A stretch of DNA of 62,303 nucleotides, counting the filler, from Sphacelaria rigidula (taxonomy: Eukaryota): assembly GCA_964200075.2 (NCBI GenBank). It is 8 parts of 8 records of this genome, joined end to end, with 100 filler letters (N's around TTAATTAATTAA, not from the genome) between each part and the next. Parts side by side here need not be neighbours in the genome. Positions count along the whole stretch, not along the records: positions 7,803 to 15,503 come from CAXNAA020013744.1; positions 15,604 to 23,304 come from CAXNAA020013745.1; positions 23,405 to 31,104 come from CAXNAA020013746.1; 5 more parts are not named here. One strand, given 5' to 3'. This document shows, one piece after another, positions 11,554-23,790 of the stretch (its first letter is position 1; each line of letters opens with the position of its first letter). The notes under the pieces are model-generated. The model saw only the letters and a list, made by a program, of their open reading frames with translations. It did not search any database and was not told the origin of the DNA. Position numbers and translations under genes: made by a program.

Positions 11554-11654
11554 TATCCTTCAATAATGGTGGGGGAAGTGAAAAACATTAACCCTTAACA
11601 TTCTTCGAAGCGAAACAATGTGAATCGGAATATCTAAGTGAAAGCGAACACGCA

Positions 11655-11895
11655 TGATCGATTGATATGATTGACTTGGTTGACTTGGATTGAGTTGAAC
11701 TAATTTGATCTGATCGGATCTGGTCTGATCTGAATCTATTTTGTTTTGTTTTGTTTGAACTGAATTGATTTGATTCGATTTGATTCGATTTGATTCGATT
11801 CGATTCGATTTGATTGATTGATTCGACTGATTTGATTGATTTGGTCGGTCTGGTTGATTTGACCTGATTCGATCTGATTCGATCTGATTCGATAT
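11655..11895. repeat. degenerate (GATTT/GATTC/GATCT)n microsatellite
   Basis: read directly; forms the tail of the minus-strand element just downstream. Confidence 0.8.
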
Positions 11896-13154
11896 GTTTT
11901 TTTTATTCGTGCAATTGATCACCGCACATTACCTGCTCCCGCAGGATCCAGCCGTAGCGGGTCACAAGATGAACCAAGATGAACGTACGGCACAAAGCAA
12001 ACACAAAAGAGAAACACTCGTTATGGAAGAAACACGATGAAGAACGAATGCACACACATAGATATGTGTCTTCCCATCTGATGATGCATCTGTTTTTTCT
12101 CCTCTTCAAATCAAGCGAATCGCTATCCGGTCCGGTCACAAAAAAACGCCGATGTGCACACGGCATGTATCTTTGGCAAAAGAGATATCAAGTCGGAGAA
12201 CCCTAAATGGCACAGCCATACGGCAAGGGTTCCTCTTGCGATGAATAATCACGAAAGTGACTAGACGCACGTGTCCAGAGAATGGGACGGGAGGGCCTCG
12301 TCAGTCGGAGGGTTTCGCGGAGGAAGGGAAACGCGATGCAGGATAAACACAAGAATGGAGACAACTTCACCAGCTGTGCTTGTAATTATCGTGTGGGGTA
12401 ACATCCCGACTGAAGAAAGTACGATGTCGTATGACACACGTTATTCACATGTTCTTGCTTTTCCAACACATGGAACATGCGATGTGATCGGATAGAGAGT
12501 CCTGCTGTACGCCCTATATTCTGAATTCAGCTTTCTTTTTTGTATCCATTCACGTGTGTGTGCCATGGGTGGTCGCGTGTATTCCAACTTTCGTACTTTT
12601 AGTGCGTCGCCCAGACCACATGGTAAAAAGACGGGAACTGTACGTAGGTTTGCTATCGTCGCCATTGTTGTCGTTGCTGCTTTAGTGTTCTTCGCGTTTT
12701 TTTTCTTCCTCGCTCTCATTTCACTCGTGTGTTGTTCGTTCCCTTTCCTCGATTTAGCCTCGGCGAGTTTCGGGTTATTTTTTGCCCTGTGTACGTTTCT
12801 CCTCTCTTGTGTATAATGACCACGGCCGGATTCCTTGAGGACCAGTTAATGTGCGATAAGCAATCAATTCATCGACCATTCCGTCCGTACGTCAGCACGT
12901 ACGATCACTACGACCACGGAACCCGGTGCCGCAGTGTCGTGCGGCGTATTAACGTCATACTCCAGAAGCTCGCGTGCAACTTCGACACCACCCGCACGCT
13001 GCTTTCCCCTGCGTCGGTCGTTCCGACTAATGTGAATGCTCTACCGTTACAACGACAACTCTCTTGATCGATCTTAAAAAGCTTCAGAATTTGTTTCAGC
13101 GCGTCCAGGTATGCTAGGCGATCACTGAATGCGTTCACCGCTCCCCCGCCGCCG

Positions 13155-14499
13155 CTGCCGATCGTAGAGCAGTAGACATGCCTTGGCGTAAAGATGTCGA
13201 AACATTGTTCTTGGGATGCACACATGAATGGAGTAATAGAAAAGGGTAAGGCACAAAATAGGCAGGATGGATGTGATCCACAGAGACTCGCGCCTACATA
13301 CGAGGATTACGAGATGTATGCTGATGAACGTGATTGTGCCAAAGCTGGAATATTCAAGAGAAATATGGGAGGGGAACGTGGAGTTGGAGAATAAGTTGGA
13401 AACAGTACGGATGGCAGCAGCTAAGACAACACTTGGGTGCTCGAAAACGACGAGTATTACAGTTTTGAGAGCAGAGGTGGGAATGTACTCACTTGAAACA
13501 AAGAGAGACATGAGAAAACTGAGAGGACCATACAGCGTAAAGAAGATCCAAAGAAATATATCGCCAGCCATTGTTGATAGGGCTGTATGGAAGAAAGTCA
13601 CGAAATGGCGAGGCTGGAATAGGGTGAGATAGAAGAGTCGAGAAAGTATGGAAGGAGATGGGTGGAAACTAAGACGAGATACTCTTCATAGGTGAAGGTG
13701 CGGGGTACAAGACAAAAGTAAACGGCATGGTGTAGAAAGGAGGGAAGAAGAAATGCTTTGACACAAAGTAGACGAGGATGAACACCTGAAGATACACGGT
13801 GTACTCATGATCATGCATGCCATAGTCATCAGACCATTGACCTCGCATCCCTACAAAGCCGGGACGGAGCANNNNNNNNNNGGTGTGTTCGGCGAGTCGC
13901 ATGAGGAGTGAGCTGCATCCTGCTAAGATTGTTCGGCCCGGAGCCTACTGATTATTTTGCATTTGGATGACGGCCAACAATGAGTTGCTTTATTCTGTGG
14001 TATCACCACTTCCAGAGGAAGCCATGGCTTTTACACTGCCTCATGGCTGTCTAACCAGAAGATATACGGGGGGGTTGAGAGAGGGTATTGGGATCAAATC
14101 ATATTTGCATGGTCCAATGGACGCGGCGAAACATTTGAAACTGCGATTTCGGGGGGGGGACCTGGACCTGCCAGAAAGAAGAAAGAGATTTTGGGAGGAA
14201 GGGCACGTGCTAGCGGAGAAAACGCGGGACATGAACGAAGGTGGCATGAAATTGTTTGATGCATTAAACAGTAGGAAGAAAACGATGGCTACACTATGAG
14301 ATAGATGGTGGCCACAGACGGTGAAACAGGACGGGGATGAGATATGTAGAAGAGTTTGGCGGAGTTTATGGAAAAAATGTAATGAGCACCGAAATGTTGG
14401 AGGTGTCTCTATTAGGTGTAGGAACTGTGCTCCGTCTCGAAAGGGATACTTGGTCAATGATCAAACGAGTAAGGGAAGCAGCAAATGAGTACACCCCCC
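13155..14499 (+). mobile_element. degenerate LINE family 1 (C-terminal RT region and 3' end), interrupted by a family 2 insertion at 13800-14057
   Basis: MNVIVPKLEYSREIWEGN..., KIYGGLREGIGIKSYLHGPMDAAKHLKLRFR...; ends aaatgagtaca-C6; homologous to the RT copy at 47940-48870. Confidence 0.8.
13800..14057 (-). mobile_element. LINE-related family 2 insertion with target-site duplication
   Basis: flanked by gaagatacacgg (13788-13799) and gaagatatacgg (14058-14069); contains a 10-N scaffold gap. Confidence 0.7.
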
Positions 14500-14549
14500 G
14501 CCGTCCACCCCGTCTGGCTGACCCTTTTTTGTTGGCGTCCGTGTTTCAG

Positions 14550-14660
14550 ATGAATGCGGCCCTCCTGGAGGCGCCGTACAGCTACAACGAGAGGATTTAC
14601 GGGGCGCTGTCCTTCCGTGAGGCCGACACTGCTGCAGGAATTTTCGACTACACCATTCAC
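14550..14660 (+). CDS. ABCA transporter exon
   Basis: gtttcag|ATG ... CAC|gtaaga, 37 codons MNAALLEAPYSYNERIYGALSFREADTAAGIFDYTIH; YGA...YT(I/V)xH lies before the ABCA HxxP motif. Confidence 0.8.
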
Positions 14661-15503
14661 GTAAGACCCGCGTATAGCCCACCTACTGGCGTTGGCGCTG
14701 ATGGGGCCGTGGCAAAGCTCACTCTTCGCCACACATTGGTCTCTTTTTCATAAAAAAACAAACATTATGTTACAGTCAGTTTTGGTGGTATCGAAGGACA
14801 TGTTAATTTTTTGTGAAAATAGCATCAGGAAGTGGTATCGAACGACATGTTCATATTTTTATTTAAATGGCACCAGGCAGTCGAATTTTTACGATTTTCT
14901 GACACTACAAAACACACGCTTTTTTTTTGGAAACTTTTGAAAGCGCTGGCGTACACCTGGTTTCTTTCTTCGTGTAAAAACGTGCTTCACCAACTTGAAG
15001 ACATTCATATGTAAGAGTTGTTCTGACGTATATGGAGGCATTTTGCTTAGGTTTTTGTCGTAAAAAACATGATCATTTTTTCTAAAACCGTATTTTGGGG
15101 GTGACACGCAAGAAAGCGCCATCATACGGCACACTGTATGTTTTATGTTAAGCTTGTACTCCTTTTTTGCTGAGTCATCCTACGATAGGGTTGGGGGGTG
15201 GGCTTATTTTGGACCACTTCTTGCACGAAATTCAAGTCAAATCGTCGTTGAAAGCAGCAACATTTGTTCGAACTAGCTTGTGACAAATAAATAACGCTCA
15301 GTCATTCATACTCCGTGACACCGTTTTTACCCAAATACAAGCGCACTGCGAGTGTGGCAGGTCGTCCGACACACCTGGGAACCTCTTTTCTCGTGCAATC
15401 AAATACCCCCCCCGCCCTCCCCCCTCTCCCTATAAGTCGTGGCTGTCTCTGGAAGTGGTGATACCACAGAATAAAGCAACTCATTGTTGGCTGTCATCCA
15501 AAT

Positions 15504-15603
15504 NNNNNNNNNNNNNNNNNNNNNNNNNNNNNNNNNNNNNNNNNNNNTTAATTAATTAANNNNNNNNNNNNNNNNNNNNNNNNNNNNNNNNNNNNNNNNN
15601 NNN
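15504..15603. other. artificial contig linker
   Basis: same 100-bp N44-TTAATTAATTAA-N44 string. Confidence 0.97.
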
Positions 15604-15910
15604 GGGGGGGGGCGATCATGCATGCCGTAGTCACGAGAACTCTGACCTCGCATCCCTACAAAGCCGGGATGGAGCACGCCAGGTTTTCGCGGGACCAAGC
15701 TCGCCATCATCAAGCGCGGAGCGCCGTGTGTTGGGTGAGTCGCATAAAGGGTGAGCTGCATCCTACTAAGATTGTTCGGCCTGAAGCGTACTAATTATTT
15801 TATCTCGAGTATGGATGACAGGCTACAATGAGTTGCTTCATTTTCTGGTATTGCTAATTTTCAGAGACAGCCACGGCATACACGTTGCCTTATGCGTGTC
15901 TCATCACTTC
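15604..15910 (-). mobile_element. LINE-related family 2, 3' part, with G run at the contig start
   Basis: G9-cgatcatgcatgccgtagtc...gacctcgcatccctacaaagccggga...; same family at 16280-16390, 17505-17600, 21640-21870, 47565-47865 and 60230-60305. Confidence 0.75.
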
Positions 15911-16664
15911 AATGCTATGTAATGAGATCATCACCTTTACATCACCTTTACCCGGAGTTCGGATTTTCCACCCTAGACAGAATGATTTAGCTCGACCACC
16001 ATTATGATGACCGCGAAATAAGTCAACTAATGGAAAAAACAGTAACCTGGTTGCCTAGCTTACGCAATGAGTGGCGTGTTTTACAGAACAAGAGACACAA
16101 TGAGTGGGGCGTGTTTACACAAACGACTGATTTGTGTTGGTGGTTATTGATTAACTCGATTGGTCGACTACCCATCTCACGTCAACCGTTTGCGTCCATC
16201 TGTTGAATCGGCATCGACTTCACTCGATGAGCCAATGCCAGTCACTCATCTTCACCTGCACCAGGCCAGCATCAGCCGTAACTCATGATTATGTATGCCG
16301 TAGTCATATGACCGTTGACCTCGCATACCTACAGAGCCGGGACAAAGCACGCAGGGTTTTCGCCGGGCCCGACTCGCGATCATTCAGAGGGGGTTCACCG
16401 ATCTGCCACCAATTTATCCAACCCTTCATGTATTGTTCCAAGACGCGACGAAATCAAGGTCAATACTCACTGGCGCGAAGTCGACCCAAGACACGGAAGA
16501 GTACACGAAAAAAGAGGGGAAAAAACCCAAATACCATCGTCTCTCTGGATCGTTGTTCATTAAAATTCATAAAATGAAAAAAAAAAAAAAAACGATGATT
16601 TGTTCAGGCTTTGGAGTGGTCAGGTGCCCCGGCATATAATCCCCGCGGCTGGATCTCGTCCCAC

Positions 16665-16749
16665 CTGACACGCCTTGATAGCCTCGTCCACCTTGTTGGG
16701 GTTAGCCGTTACCGTGATGAGGTACCAGCTGCCTAGTAGCCGATCAAAG
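16665..16749 (-). CDS. SPP: stromal processing peptidase (M16 family) exon
   Basis: cgtcag|C TTT ... CAG|gtggga; (S)FDRLLGSWYLITVTANPNKVDEAIKACQ resembles plant SPP FDRL..GWYVISVTSTP.KV..A..AC. Confidence 0.88.
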
Positions 16750-17213
16750 CTGACGTTGCAGCATGGCCAATCGATGGAAAAGGGGAAAACACACACGTCC
16801 ACCACGTGCAGGGGTGTGGATGATGGATGATGACCGGAGTTGTTCCAACATTGGTTGACGGGGAAATGCAAATGCAGATGTGAGAGAGGGGACAAGAGGA
16901 GGTGGGTATTGCTCAGCAGCCAACATGGAGCATCGACCTAACTAACAACTGCAGCTTATTTAAACCGGTGACGCTACGGGGAAGGGCGAACCTACTCTGT
17001 GAACGCTGGTCGAGAGATCGAGCTAACGTGCGGAAATAAAATAAAATTATTTATATTATCAACCATAATGGAATGGAGACGATGACGACGATGATGACGA
17101 TGATGATGATGCAGTGGGCTTCTCATGTCCGGTCACTGAAGAAGGCAAGGGAGGCTATCGTCATACTCTTTATCTTCACCTACTACAGAGACCTGAACTG
17201 TTCACGTACGTAC

Positions 17214-17290
17214 CTCGTGAGGTGTATGCTGGCATCGTACGTCAGGCGTTTTTGCTCGCGCACAACAGAGAACAATCGTCGGTTCAAAGC
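17214..17290 (-). CDS. SPP: stromal processing peptidase exon
   Basis: ctccag|GCT ... AG|gtacgt; ALNRRLFSVVREQKRLTYDASIHLT matches the M16 RLF..VR...LTY motif; phase 2 joins the next exon. Confidence 0.9.
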
Positions 17291-17602
17291 CTGGAGTGAA
17301 GAATGACAACAGCAGCGACATCAACGACGACAACAAAACAGGGCAGGGCAAAAGAAACAGAACAGGGTACGGTACAGTAAAGCCATGCCATCGACGACCA
17401 ACGAGTACCAGTCCATAGAGTAACAGCGAGAGCAAAATGCGGAGTAGCATGGGGCAACGCTGTACTGTTCTTCTTACACAGAGGAGTGATCCGAACTTGT
17501 CAGGAAGGGAGGGAATGTACTCGTAGTCATGACTCATCATCTTGCATACCGTAGTCATCACACCTTTGACCCCGCATCCCCATGAAACCGAGACGGAGGA
17601 CC

Positions 17603-17853
17603 GATATTCGGATCGTTGGACGGACTAACAGTCCCGCGTGGAGGGCTGTTCACCAAATGGTCGGAAAACTATGGTTGGTACAATAAATGAGGTGCCAACC
17701 TAACCCTAACCCCGACCAAGTATTGGAGAACCCCCTGGCACGGGGGATGCAAAGCGTGCCCTAGACAGCGTGTGCGTTGGCAAATTTCAAATCTGCGTGA
17801 CGGGTGAGCTAGGACCACTTTGGGACTGCCAGTCCTCGAAAGATCCAAATATC
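17603..17853. mobile_element. TIR element carrying a short internal (CCCTAA)n
   Basis: gatattcggatcgttggacggactaacagtccc is an imperfect inverted repeat of gggactgccagtcctcgaaagatccaaatatc; aaccctaaccctaaccc at about 17697; related copy at 53520-53735. Confidence 0.6.
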
Positions 17854-19081
17854 AATGTATATTCTCAAATCAAGTTACAACGGTTGTTTCCGGCCATTTG
17901 GGTAAATTATGTCGGACTCCCGAGTACTACTGCGGAAAGTGGCTGAAATAACTTCCGTTTCCAGAAGTACGACTAGACAGGTTAGACAGGAGAGTGTAAA
18001 ACGAACCATGTTGAAATAGGGATTGGTGGAAGTCATGCTGCAGTCTACGCGAGAAGCTGACGTGTTTGTGTGTGGGGATGTCAAAACGCCATGCACTGAA
18101 CTACTCCTCGTTCGTGTTCTCGTCAGTCGAATACAAAATCATTCTACAACATGGTCTGCAGCTTCTACCTCGACACCTGTAATCATTGCTGTACAAGTGA
18201 GTCCAAGCTAAAAGAGTTGTACAGAACAGACACGAGGCTACCGAAGTAACATACACATGAAAAAAGTGAAAACAGTTTCCTATACGCCATTATCTAGTAG
18301 AACCCCCTGCGTCTCGAAAGGGGTGCGTGATCAATGGTCAACTGACAGAGGCAAGCAACAAATGACCACGGGAGATATCGTAGGAAGGCTCCGTAGACAA
18401 AACGCGGTGAACCCAAGTACCCACCACCTCTACAAGAGGCGACACCCCGCAACGCTATCAAACCCACTTCTTGAGTCAATCGCCAAGTGTACCACATCCA
18501 CGGCACTGTGCATACGTGCGGCAGTATTGCGCAGTGCTTCGTCAGCCCTCCGAGTGCACAGTAGCCATTATAGTTTTAGCCGGCTCACGTATCTCAATTT
18601 TCCCGTCGAGCGGCAGGATAACCACTCTTGATATGGCACCATATTGACTTAAAAAAATGAGGGCAAAAGCCGGATGGCCCACCCTTCTGATCGGAGGGTT
18701 AACGCCCAAATACACAGCCTGAATTCAGTGCCCTTATGCTTCTCTTCCGTAGTAGAGATTACGGAAGATGCGAAAGGAGCTGTGGTTCGGCGTGATAACA
18801 AAATCGTGATGCCCAATACTCTACCGCAGACAACGGGGAATAACACAACCAGCGGTCAAATCAGTTCATCACTAGTTCGGGTACGTGCGTTTTGCGGGCC
18901 CGCATCCCGACACTACTGAAGTTTTTCTTTCGGTCTCCGTCGCCCGCAAATGTAACGCGGGTAGGTAAGTTTGGACATACTGCTGTAGTGCTGGCCCCAC
19001 GGTCGACATCAAAAGCGCAGGATAGCTGCGACCAGCAGGGAGGTGAGAAAAACATACATCGGTCTTTTGAGGCGACATTGA

Positions 19082-19181
19082 CCCTTGGCCCGCGAGGAGG
19101 GTAGCCCATCTGGACCACGCATGATTTTCGCAAGTGAATTGATGCCGCTTCAACGGACGACCCTCTCTCGCCGTCTAAGGG
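19082..19181. mobile_element. degenerate piggyBac-type MITE
   Basis: ttga|CCCTTGG...CTAAGGG|ttat; similar in size and termini to 3281-3384. Confidence 0.5.
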
Positions 19182-19324
19182 TTATCTCAACTGTATAGCA
19201 ACCCCGAGGACCGAGGAGACGGGGAGTTGCGGCTGCCCCCTGGCTACACTTCGTATGCACAAATCATCACCTCGACTCGGAACGGTATCATGACGCGAAC
19301 GGTTGCAATTTCATCACAATCCTT

Positions 19325-19546
19325 GGCGATTAGGACAAATCATCACGACCATGAATCACCAAATCCACGATTTCTTCGGCCTGATTGCCCAAAAGGAAGA
19401 AAAAAGTTGATCGATGGTCCCAGGGGTATCCACGCAACTTTTGCGCCATTCCGCGTGTCTGGGCTTAGAGATTGATTCGTACGATTCGAACCAATTATAC
19501 TCCAATCAAGTAATTTCCAGACGAATCATAACGTGTCCTACCCTCG
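19325..19546 (-). mobile_element. hAT-type MITE family B copy
   Basis: reverse complement of the body of 29272-29530 and 36303-36559. Confidence 0.7.
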
Positions 19547-20090
19547 CAATCCAATCTCGGTGTAGCCACCGCGCTCCGGTGGTCTGTCCAATAGTGTAAT
19601 GATCTGATGGTATGACTGACATCGCTAGTTCGGGGAAAACGCGAGTTCGCATCTCGCCAGATGCCCTGGATGCCTCAAGTTTGCCTCTTGTCTCACTACA
19701 ACTTTCGGAATAGAAAACGTCAGGACGTGAGAAGCAAAAATACTTCTTCTCACTTCGTTACAGGAAAGTAGTCATTATCCATTCCGCAATGATACATATC
19801 AAAATCCAAGACGAGTATCGGGGGAAAGATGGCTTGATTGATCCCATCAGACACACCACTTCAGACCATGGACTCATCGCGAGAAACGGAAGGGGGGTTG
19901 GAAGTCAGACAACAACAATAACAACAATAACAAAAAGCTTCACATTCGAACCATTGGGGAAAAGAGTGTGACAAAAATAAGCAAACAGACGTGAGAAATA
20001 CAACCCGTCGAAGAACAGACCCTTGCGCGCGTATTACATTACATGCACACATGACAAAACAAAACCGACTCGAGCAGCCTACATACGAAC

Positions 20091-20276
20091 CTCCTTGAGC
20101 ATGAGTAACACCACCGGTGCGAATAGCTTGTGTTGTCTGTGCTCCGCCTTCTTGTCGGCCCCCTGACTATCGACGGGAGCCGGGAACAGATCCCTCACGC
20201 TCCGGCCGTCTCTCATCAAGCCCCATCGGTTGGGAGCGGCCCCCGCAACGTATCCCACAGCGCGATCATCCGAATC
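20091..20276 (-). CDS. SPP: stromal processing peptidase exon
   Basis: cttcag|GAT ... GAG|gttcgt, 62 codons DSDDRAVGYVAGAAPNRWG...HKLFAPVVLLMLKE; matches SPP DTDERACAYIAGPAPNRWG. Confidence 0.9.
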
Positions 20277-20508
20277 CTGAAGACCATCAAATGAACACGA
20301 CAAGGGTAAAACGGTGGGGTTAGTTATAGTTAACAAACAGCAAGTCTGCCCATGAAAGATCCACCGCTCAGGCACAGCACCCGCACAACAACATCGATCA
20401 GAATCTGGAAGATCGCTCCCAAACATGTTCACACCCCAAAAATATGTGGTCAAAAGTTGCAACGGAAACAATTTGTACTGGGTGAAGTGTAGCCCTGTTG
20501 CAACTCTG

Positions 20509-20865
20509 GGTGTGTCGTCATCCCATCCATTCTGGACGCCTATATCTACCCCTTTCGGTATATGACGGCGATTCAGCCGGGGTCACACAGTAGGAAGGCC
20601 AACACAGGAGTTTTGTCTTCATTTGTTTGTTTTAGTTTTCCACCTTTCTGCTGCGGTTCTTGCCCTATTTCTTATCGCGCAAGGGGTTCAGCAGTCCCTT
20701 TCCCTCGTCGACCGTAAGCCGAAGTTAGTGTACCCACGACATGGTCGCTCTCCACTGCCGGACATGGTGCGAAAAAAAAAACACATCGTGACAGAATCGA
20801 GATTTGAACCCACGACCCAACCGTCAGAAGGTTTCGAAGTTACCTACAGAGCCACCGGGGCGACC
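20509..20865 (-). mobile_element. SINE family A, near full length
   Basis: minus strand ggtcgccccggtggctctgtaggtaacttcgaaaccttctgacggttgggtcgtgggttcaaatctcg, followed by the family body. Confidence 0.8.
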
Positions 20866-22008
20866 ATTGCAACTGTCGACGGATATGTGGCCAACATTTG
20901 CATCTAGAAAAAATGTGTACTGCGCAGAGAGTAGGGCTATTGCAACCATTGTTGACAATTGTTGGTCCGACAATCCTTGCAATAGGCCTACTCTCTACGG
21001 AGTACAATTTTCCTCTCTTGCAACTATTGAGCACATCTTGTCCGGGGCGTGTTTACGTCTCGGCGTACGCATATGGAGCTGTAAGACATGCGGTGATGAT
21101 AAACAGGATTAGGTTTGAACACAACACGTGGGACGTTTCAACAGTTCATCGGAAGCACAGAGCGGCCGCTTCATCATCAAAAGTACTAAATAAGTACCTG
21201 CGGTTGTTAACAGAACAATAACATATCACATGTAATGGGAGACGGGAGGTTGAAATCACTAATCAACATGATTACTCTGAGTACTACCATCATCGCCATT
21301 ATCATCAGTATCACTATGATGACAGCTACTACTAAGAGAGTAATCGCACACGAGCCGACTTATCAGACCCGTGGTAGCACGGTACGTGCCCGTGCGGGCT
21401 GCTAAGTAGCGCGGTAACGTACCAAAATACGTGGATAAATGAGTGGTCGGTAAAGGCGGAAAACACCGAGGAGATCCAAAAAAAAGGGGAGGGGGGAGGA
21501 TGCTCGCAAAAGTCATACTCTACCGTGACCCCTACAAGCCCTCGCGAGTTGTGGTAAGACACCCTTGTACAGTGTATAAGCCGTGGCTGTCTCTAGCAGT
21601 CGCGATACTACGCGAGAAAATGAAGAGAAGCATTTAAGGCTGTCATCCAAATGCACGATTATTAGTACTCTTCAGACTGAACAATCTTTGCAGAATGCAG
21701 GTTACCTACCCCTCATGCGACTCGCCGAACACATCACAGCGCTTCGCGCTTGGCGATGAATTGCTAGCCTGGTCCGGCGAATAACCGACGTGTTCAGTCC
21801 CGGCCTCGTAGGGATGCGAGGCCACTGGTCTTCAAGACCACGGCACGCAAGACCCCGAGTACACTCCCCTTGCCTACGAGACTGTCCTTTGAACCCGGGT
21901 TTGGTTGGCACTACAAGGGTCCTATCCTCCAAGGAGATCAAGGCACAGGTCAACATCAAGGGAACTGGGGTGCGAGAATCAGACCACGTTTCTGCCTGAC
22001 TTCGACTC

Positions 22009-22393
22009 AAGCCCTGACCGATAAGGCATGTCTTACTCCTTGCCTCAGAGCCCCTTTTCGAGAAGGGGTTGCCTGATAAGGTGTTTCATGCCTAAGATGT
22101 CTTATTCAACAAAGGCAAACACATTATACCACAAAAACAATAGCAATGAGTCAAGCTTACGACAACGCCCACTCCAATTATTCGGGTAACCGGAGTGATT
22201 GTCTAAGGCAAAGTCTATCGTAAGTCTAAGGCTAATCTCAGGCATCCTGAGCTAGAAACTAAGACATTTCAAGCATGAATACGGGGTAAGGCATGCCTTG
22301 GCGGTTGCCTGAGGCCAAATTTTTCGCCGGAGACGTACCTTCAACAGTTTGACTTAGACCTCCCTTATCGGCATGCCTTATCGGCCAGGGCTT
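22009..22393. mobile_element. MITE with 22-bp TIRs (possibly PIF/Harbinger-like)
   Basis: aagccctgaccgataaggcatg versus the reverse complement of catgccttatcggccagggctt (one mismatch); repeated taaggc/gcctta motifs inside. Confidence 0.6.
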
Positions 22394-22474
22394 ATCGGGC
22401 AGGGCTTACTTCAATCATCAACAAAAATAATGAATCCACTTCCAGCAAGCACGACAAGTAGGACCACAACCTAC

Positions 22475-22612
22475 CGGCAGGTGCACGTCGAGATGCCTTG
22501 GCAGTTTCACGTCCTCCCCGGCACAGGGTACCTGCTCCACAGACGGGAGGAACCTCGGGTCTCGCTCCGTCTTCTTCAACGTGCCGAGGTACTGCAGCAT
22601 CAGTCGCTCCCC
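22475..22612 (-). CDS. SPP: stromal processing peptidase exon
   Basis: cgtcag|GGG ... CCG|gtaggt, 46 codons GERLMLQYLGTL...HLDVHLP; phase 0 joins DSDDRA. Confidence 0.85.
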
Positions 22613-23304
22613 CTGACGATGGAAGAAATGGAATAAAAAAAGCAAAAAATCACGAGGCGTCAATCGCACGAAAATACAGTATCTGCCGACTAGAGAGAGA
22701 CGCTTTGACGGAGAGCCCGGGCTCGACTCTCCGGGTTAGGTAGGACATAAGCCTGAACGATTGACCGGTCACCAACTTCTACATGAGGAAAGTTGTGCAA
22801 AATGGTTTCTGGTGAGTTTGAGCTCCAAGCAGCATTTTTTGTGTTTTCATTTTGAGAACCAGCGAGCCGCTACTGTAACCCATCGACTGTGACGTACAGT
22901 ATTGTGGTCACCTCTCAGTCCAGGTTGACTCAAACGCGGATATTATACGAGGCGTGATGTTGACGTTCGAGTGCCTCTGCAAGTACAGAAAAGAGTATCA
23001 AAAGCATCGCAGTCACAGGCGACGCGTTTATGACATACGGCAACGAGTGAAGCCTCGACAACAGCAAAAATATTTTCATGGACCTTAAATGAAAGCATGA
23101 GGGTGTGACTAGCGAGCAAAATGGGGGTATATTTAACGAGAGCCGACGCGGTGCGGGAGTGCTGATGGTCATAATCCAATCCACAAACGATGCCAAAACA
23201 CAAGACGTGTAGGGGGGGGGGGGGGGGGGGGGGGGGCAGAGGGGGCCCCCACCCCCCGTGGGCCCCATCTTTCCTCTGGGAAAGGAGAAAAACAAAAAAG
23301 AGGA

Positions 23305-23404
23305 NNNNNNNNNNNNNNNNNNNNNNNNNNNNNNNNNNNNNNNNNNNNTTAATTAATTAANNNNNNNNNNNNNNNNNNNNNNNNNNNNNNNNNNNNNNNN
23401 NNNN
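23305..23404. other. artificial contig linker
   Basis: same 100-bp string. Confidence 0.97.
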
Positions 23405-23543
23405 AAACTCGAAAAAATGGGCGGGGCACAGCCATATTGGCGAGCGTTTGGCGTCTTGGCCGGCCCAGCTCGTATATTATATATTGCGGCTTCGGTTACC
23501 AAAATACGTTTTTGGGGTTATTTGCTGTGATCGAGAAGTCTTG

Positions 23544-23790
23544 AAGGGTCGGGCGAATCATCGCCGGTTCGAAGCACCAAATCTACGACTTCTAAAGCCT
23601 GCTTGCTCCAAAGAGGCAACAAGAAGATTATCGCGAGGTCAAGATATGTCTCTACGCAAATGTTGCGCGTTTCCACGCGCCTGGGGGTGCAACGCTGAAA
23701 GCAAAGCCCAAGGATTGCCTATATACGGTTCAGATTGCTGCGCTGAATAAGCAAGTAAACTCCAGACGAATCATCACCCATCCACTGTTG
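23544..23790 (-). mobile_element. diverged hAT-type MITE family B copy
   Basis: contains gggtgcaacgctgaaagcaaagcccaaggattg and ccagacgaatcat, the reverse complement of the family B left part. Confidence 0.55.

Noticed and set aside
8459-22612. Apparent ABCA-SPP gene neighbourhood, and likewise DGK-MYB
   Set aside because: The genes are on different concatenated contigs, so linkage is unsupported.
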